Positions 59,756 through 64,000 of a stretch of DNA of 64,000 nt are shown here, piece by piece. Below the pieces are notes generated by a model. That model worked only from the letters and a program-made list of their open reading frames with translations, had not been told where the DNA came from and did not search any database. Source of the DNA: a virus; IMG/VR virus record IMGVR_UViG_3300049979_000188, one strand, 5' to 3'. The position numbers and the translations under genes were made by a program. Position 1 is the first letter of the stretch, and each line of letters begins with the position of its first letter.

Positions 59756-62434
59756 TTATGCGTGCTTACTCAGGTAGTGCTTAGCCAGCGCCTGCATCCG
59801 GCTCTCGTCGCTGTACTGGTCCGCCGCTTCTTTCAAGGGGTCCACAATGCCGTGGGACTGGCTCGATTTTAAACCCAGTAGGTTAATGATAACCGGGTCC
59901 GAGCCGCTCTCCGACACCAGGTATATGGCCATTACCTGGTCTACTTGGCCGTCGCGGTCGATACGGCCCACTAATTGGTCGTGCACCTGGGGACTCCAAT
60001 CAAGCTCCCCAATGACAATGGTCTTGCAGATTTTCTGCAACCCATCCAGGCCGGCCCCCGAGCGCAGTGAAATTAAAAAGAGCTTGGTACGTCCCTCGAT
60101 AAAGGCCGTTTTAGCGTCGTGCTTCTGCTTTTCGCTCTCCGTGCCGCTGTACATGACCGGGTTATACTCAGCCAGCTCCTTGCGGACAATATCGTAACAG
60201 TTATGTACGACAGTTAAATCATCTAATAGAAATAGATGGTCGCCATCAGTTTCGAAACCATAATAAGTATCAACACCTATCGGTTCAATTCTAAGACCAG
60301 TCCTTAATACAGACTTAATTTGTCTGCGTACGTCAGGTTTTTTACGCTTCACACGGACCGTAAGCGCAGTTAAATCCCCTGAGATACGCACCGTGTGATA
60401 TACCTGAGCTGTATTATCGTAGGGTGTAGTTCTAGTGTAAGTCTTTAGGTAAGCCGCCAGGCCTAAAGACTTACATAAACGTGTGACATCTTCTGCCAAT
60501 TTTTTCGATTTATTGACAAAATCAGCACCCATAGCATTCCGATAAACATGCCCATCGGAATCAATTAAACCGCTTAGTAATTCCCAGCGCTCCGTAAGAC
60601 TTGCTGTTTGATAACAATGCGGAATATGCTTGTTATCAGCCAGTGACAGCGAGCGAAAATGACGTACCAACTTATTACGCGTTTTAACCCCTGTTGCGCC
60701 AGATGTTAAGTCATAAAAATAACAGCTATCACCATTAATGGTCTTGGTTGCTTTCACGCTAAGTGACCAGCGGTTTGCAATTAACTCAAGTTCGTCTCTT
60801 ATTTCAACGTCAGCTGAACACAAACGCATGGTGCGTAAATCTGAGGCGCCATCACCAAGCCAGAATCCTAATAACCAAGGTTCAACAACGGATTCCTGTT
60901 CAGGGTATACAAGAGCGTCAGCCCGATACAGTGTATAACTTTTTTGTTGCGAGGGATTCAAAGAATAAAAATCTCTCGCCGTCATAGTTTTGTAACCAGA
61001 CTTATTCTTATGTAGTGTTAGGATGTGACCGCTACTACACACCCAAGGCTCACCTTTCTTAGGTATGATTCTGAACATATCACCCACACCTAAGAAAGAC
61101 GAACGCACTTTCCTGGGTTTTGAATCAGGACCCATGAGTAAATCACCAGCTTTGACATTTTCGACGTTTAGAAAACTACCGTCGAAAGCGAGTACTTTGG
61201 TCCCTTTCCCAAAGCAATCCCGGTGCCAGAGGCCCAGTACCACTGGCTCGTCGGCTTCGAGCAGAATACGCACGTAATCGGCAATGGCCCGCGCCTTGGA
61301 TATGCCCGTGGTGTAGCGCGCGAGCATATCGAGCTCCTGGGCGGCCTGGCCCCGTTCAATAAAGGAGCCCGTCGTGACGCGCTGAGCTAGTTCGCGGGCC
61401 CGCTGCTCGCTTTTCTTGACTTCCTTCTCGTCGTACTCCACATAGTGGATAATGGTATTGATGGCGGGCAGCTCCCGGCCAACCTCCTGACGGGTACGCC
61501 GCAAAAAGAGGTGATTTTCCCGCAAAAAAGTCCCGAGGGCCTTTGGGTCGACCACCTTGTGGTTACGCCCGTAGGGCACGCACCATTCGCGTAGAAAATT
61601 ATCGCGCGTATCGAGGCAATCCGGGTTAATCAAGTCCAACACGTTGAACATCTCGTCGCCGTAATTGAAGATGGGCGTGGCCGAGAGGGCGCAGGTATAC
61701 TCGACGGAAGTAGAGAGGCACTTGCCCCCGGCGTACTTGGCGCTGGTGTAGTTGCGCAGCTCCTGAATCTCGTCAAAGATGGCCGAGCGAAAGAAGTTGG
61801 TCTTGAAAAAGACGCTCCAGCCCGCTAGCTGCGTGTACTTGAAAATGTAGACGTCAGCCTTGGGTAAGGTATAAGGCGTCGTCTTTTTGATGATGTGCAC
61901 CGTCAAATTGGTGAACTTCTCAATGACTTCCTCTTTCCACTGGCGCGTCATGTGGGTCTGCACGACGATGGCCACCGGCAAGGTACCCGGGGTAAAGAGG
62001 GTAAGCGTGGCCGAGAGGCTCTTGCCCAAGCCCAAGTCGTCACCGAGTAGCAACCGCTTTTGGCGGGCATGCAAGGGTGGAAACTGCAGTTGGTAGGGCC
62101 GCGCGGCGTAGCCGGGATTGAGCGTAATGGCCGGCGCCTGGTAATGGGGCGTCAGAATAGCTTCGAGCTCGTTAATATTGTCCTCGTACGCCTGGGCCTG
62201 CGCCGCTAAGACCTGCCGGTCGGCCTCGTCAATGCGCAAATGATAGCGCGAGCTGAACCAGAGTAAATCGGCGCTGTTCTGCGGCGTATCGGGAAAGCTA
62301 AAGGGAGGTACCGCCCCCTTGGGGATGCGCGGGAAGATGTTTTTGAGTTTGATGCTGACGTGGGGCTCGCACTGGGTTATGACGTAGCGCTTACGCGAGG
62401 CATCGTGCACGAGGGCACCGTAGGTTTTAGGCAT
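59756..62434 (-). CDS. SNF2-like SF2 helicase containing an intein
   Basis: LGDDLGLGKS, FDEIQEL, LSATP, RRTRQEV, SLRSGAGLDGLQ and QLVGRIDRDGQ. Confidence 0.92.
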   Translation of the reverse strand: MPKTYGALVHDASRKRYVITQCEPHVSIKLKNIFPRIPKGAVPPFSFPDTPQNSADLLWFSSRYHLRIDEADRQVLAAQAQAYEDNINELEAILTPHYQAPAITLNPGYAARPYQLQFPPLHARQKRLLLGDDLGLGKSLSATLTLFTPGTLPVAIVVQTHMTRQWKEEVIEKFTNLTVHIIKKTTPYTLPKADVYIFKYTQLAGWSVFFKTNFFRSAIFDEIQELRNYTSAKYAGGKCLSTSVEYTCALSATPIFNYGDEMFNVLDLINPDCLDTRDNFLREWCVPYGRNHKVVDPKALGTFLRENHLFLRRTRQEVGRELPAINTIIHYVEYDEKEVKKSEQRARELAQRVTTGSFIERGQAAQELDMLARYTTGISKARAIADYVRILLEADEPVVLGLWHRDCFGKGTKVLAFDGSFLNVENVKAGDLLMGPDSKPRKVRSSFLGVGDMFRIIPKKGEPWVCSSGHILTLHKNKSGYKTMTARDFYSLNPSQQKSYTLYRADALVYPEQESVVEPWLLGFWLGDGASDLRTMRLCSADVEIRDELELIANRWSLSVKATKTINGDSCYFYDLTSGATGVKTRNKLVRHFRSLSLADNKHIPHCYQTASLTERWELLSGLIDSDGHVYRNAMGADFVNKSKKLAEDVTRLCKSLGLAAYLKTYTRTTPYDNTAQVYHTVRISGDLTALTVRVKRKKPDVRRQIKSVLRTGLRIEPIGVDTYYGFETDGDHLFLLDDLTVVHNCYDIVRKELAEYNPVMYSGTESEKQKHDAKTAFIEGRTKLFLISLRSGAGLDGLQKICKTIVIGELDWSPQVHDQLVGRIDRDGQVDQVMAIYLVSESGSDPVIINLLGLKSSQSHGIVDPLKEAADQYSDESRMQALAKHYLSKHA
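60200..61216 (-). mobile_element. Intein (339 aa) with a LAGLIDADG homing endonuclease
   Basis: Starts CFGKGT, has PWVCSSGH, LLGFWLGDG and LSGLIDSDG, ends VVHN before Cys+1; AT-rich relative to the exteins. Confidence 0.92.
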
Positions 62435-62442
62435 AATAGCTT

Positions 62443-62967
62443 TTAATCAGGGACGCGTTCGTGCACCACGTGTTGGTCACCACAAGTGAGGCAAGTGGCC
62501 AGGTTAAGGTTTTGGAGCTCCTTTTCCTCACCCATTCCGCCGTACGAGTAGGTTTCGGCTTGAGTCGTAAAGTTCTGCCCGCCGCAAGCTGGGCAACAAG
62601 CATGCAGGTGGCAATAGGCCGCGCGTAGCTCCGCCCATTTTGTTTTACGCCACTCGCTACCGGCGTAAAACAAAAACTGCGTAGGTATTACTTCATCTCG
62701 TCCAAAGCGGCCGTACAAGGCCGGGGTGTGGGCCAGACGCACGGATGGGTCAGCCCGGCGGGAGAGAATGTTGAGCGTAAGCGTACTGAGTAACCTAAAA
62801 TGCGTACACCGAGCCGTGAGCTCCGGGCTAACAGGTAAGCCAAAACGCTTTAAATCAGTCTCCAGCTGGTAGAGGCGGGTGTAATTGGCATTGTACTTAC
62901 GGTTCAAATCGCGCAAGCGCGTGCTGGCCTTACGCATCAGGGCCAGTTCCATGCGTTCCAAATTCAT
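62443..62967 (-). CDS. Hypothetical protein with a C-terminal CPxCG...CxxCG zinc ribbon
   Basis: CPACGG...NLNLATCLTCGDQHVVHERVP. Confidence 0.7.
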   Translation of the reverse strand: MNLERMELALMRKASTRLRDLNRKYNANYTRLYQLETDLKRFGLPVSPELTARCTHFRLLSTLTLNILSRRADPSVRLAHTPALYGRFGRDEVIPTQFLFYAGSEWRKTKWAELRAAYCHLHACCPACGGQNFTTQAETYSYGGMGEEKELQNLNLATCLTCGDQHVVHERVPD

Positions 62968-63245
62968 CCTATTTCAAGTAGTAAGGTTACGGAGGTAACC
63001 TGTTGGACGGTAAACTTTCGAAAGGGTACTCTCACCAAGGCATCCCGGTAATAGCCTGTCTTCGTGCCTTGGGTGCCCAGGCATTTGGACGACCAGTAGC
63101 CCGTGAGCCACCCGGATTTAGTTACGCGGAAAAAATCGTACAAATCCAGCTTGGTTTCCCCACCGCGCAGCGCATGCAGCGTAGAGACCACGCAACGGGT
63201 GCCCGTAATCTCGGCGCAGGCGCGGTAACCCGTGATAAAAGTCAT
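62964..63245 (-). CDS. Hypothetical protein
   Basis: Start trimmed to MTFITGY. Confidence 0.55.
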   Translation of the reverse strand: MTFITGYRACAEITGTRCVVSTLHALRGGETKLDLYDFFRVTKSGWLTGYWSSKCLGTQGTKTGYYRDALVRVPFRKFTVQQVTSVTLLLEIG

Positions 63246-63394
63246 TGCTGACAGACCAGGGCGAAGCTGGCCACAAAAAAACATACCCAGCCAACCTTAG
63301 CCGAAGTTGAATCTTCCTTATCCCCGCGGTCAATGCCGTAGCCACTAACCAGCAGCAGAATAAGGGCAAGTGCTATTTTAAAACCGTCGTGCAT
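63242..63394 (-). CDS. Small two-TM membrane protein
   Basis: Start trimmed to MHDGFK. Confidence 0.55.
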   Translation of the reverse strand: MHDGFKIALALILLLVSGYGIDRGDKEDSTSAKVGWVCFFVASFALVCQQ

Positions 63395-63594
63395 TAGCAG
63401 GTCTCTTCTCCCAGCAACGGGGTTACGGGTGGACAAGCCGCGTGAAAATCACCAAATACTTTCAGCAGGTTCAACGAGAGCTTAAAGTTGATGGGCTGCG
63501 TATAGCGCAGCTCCTTACCACAACCTTCGCAGCGCCAGCCCGCTTCATCCTTTTTACTTTTAGGGTCAGTTTTGACCATCACAACCTCAGCCAT
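63394..63594 (-). CDS. Small hypothetical protein
   Basis: CEGCG...HAAC. Confidence 0.6.
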   Translation of the reverse strand: MAEVVMVKTDPKSKKDEAGWRCEGCGKELRYTQPINFKLSLNLLKVFGDFHAACPPVTPLLGEETC

Positions 63595-63600
63595 AAGTAC

Positions 63601-63879
63601 TTAAAAAGGTAAACGCTCGTGGGTAGTATGCACGCTGCCGCAGGCACAGGTGCACGTGTTCAAATCTTTGTACGCATCTTCGCGGCCCTCGACCAGCGGA
63701 TAACTGACTAAGGTAGTAGTGTGCGGGATTGCACCACAAGCCGGGCAACGGCCATGGGCTAGCGCGTATGCCTGTCTAAAGCGCTGGCTGTCTTCACGGC
63801 CGGTTAGGGCCCGAATAAGCTCCTCTCGACTCAGGTGGGGGTTATTGCGGAGCGTAAGCTCGAAGTCAATCTCAGACAT
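63601..63879 (-). CDS. Zinc-ribbon protein, paralog of the 62443-62967 C-terminus
   Basis: CPACG...DLNTCTCACGSVHTTHERLP. Confidence 0.7.
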   Translation of the reverse strand: MSEIDFELTLRNNPHLSREELIRALTGREDSQRFRQAYALAHGRCPACGAIPHTTTLVSYPLVEGREDAYKDLNTCTCACGSVHTTHERLPF

Positions 63880-63888
63880 AGGGATTAC

Positions 63889-63999
63889 TTAACGCGGGCT
63901 GACACCGGGAGCCAGCTCCCAGATTCGCCCTTGAACAGGTTGGTCGATAAAGCAGCAGGGGTGCGCCCCGTACCCGTAGCCCGGGCCGGCATCCACTAA
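63889..63999 (-). CDS. 3' end of a gene continuing beyond the window
   Basis: Open frame ...DAGPGYGYGAHPCCFIDQPVQGRIWELAPGVSPR* up to the window edge. Confidence 0.45.
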   Translation of the reverse strand, partial: LVDAGPGYGYGAHPCCFIDQPVQGRIWELAPGVSPR

Positions 64000-64000
64000 T

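Noticed and set aside
667-63369. Numerous antisense or alternate-frame ORFs in the track (e.g. 1887-2555, 12485-13171, 39180-39605, 50998-51597)
   Set aside because: They are shadows of well-supported genes in GC-rich DNA, with no motifs, promoters or independent context.
1-64000. CRISPR array, tRNA or rRNA genes
   Set aside because: No regularly spaced direct repeats, cloverleaf sequences or rRNA-like tracts were seen. The recurring motif is a dispersed, gene-oriented bipartite element, not an array.
1-64000. Stop-codon reassignment (alternative genetic code)
   Set aside because: Long conserved genes translate intact in code 11, and TAA, TAG and TGA all end genes at sensible positions.

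Overview
This 64 kb window is almost certainly a segment of a large (jumbo-type) dsDNA phage genome with a Bacteroidota host. The evidence is dense small hypothetical ORFs, phage-type replication and repair genes, no Shine-Dalgarno motifs, TAnnTTTG host-type promoter boxes and GC-rich coding DNA. Genes run mainly on + from about 9.7 to 30 kb and on - from about 30 to 64 kb, converging at a bidirectional terminator near 29.9 kb. Recognisable genes include a degenerate GH16, an ECF sigma factor and a second sigma-like protein flanking a HAD/GT4/GT2 cluster, and a single-chain SbcD-SbcC (Mre11-Rad50) fusion. A Prs-like plus Nampt-like pair (NARP1-type NAD+ reconstitution) has its Nampt gene split in two by an HNH-type endonuclease with no evident intron. 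Also present are a tnpB-only IS200/IS605 element, RNA-repair enzymes (2H-phosphoesterase-HAD fusion, Rnl2-like ligase, RlaP-like nucleotidyltransferase), a sirtuin, a CX5R phosphatase, and DUF262, NYN and BCS1-like AAA proteins. Further along are a Gsp-synthase-like, lipoprotein and SPFH module, a truncated PPDK, a five-member paralog array and an intein-containing SNF2-like helicase. The most striking non-coding signal is a motif GTAAC-N17-CGTA(A/G/T)A found by eye 20 times plus one variant. It is always oriented into a downstream gene start, resembles an ECF-sigma promoter, and is repeatedly interlocked with the terminator hairpin or stop codon of the upstream gene. No CRISPR array, tRNA or rRNA was seen. 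All family calls come from motif recognition, not database searches.
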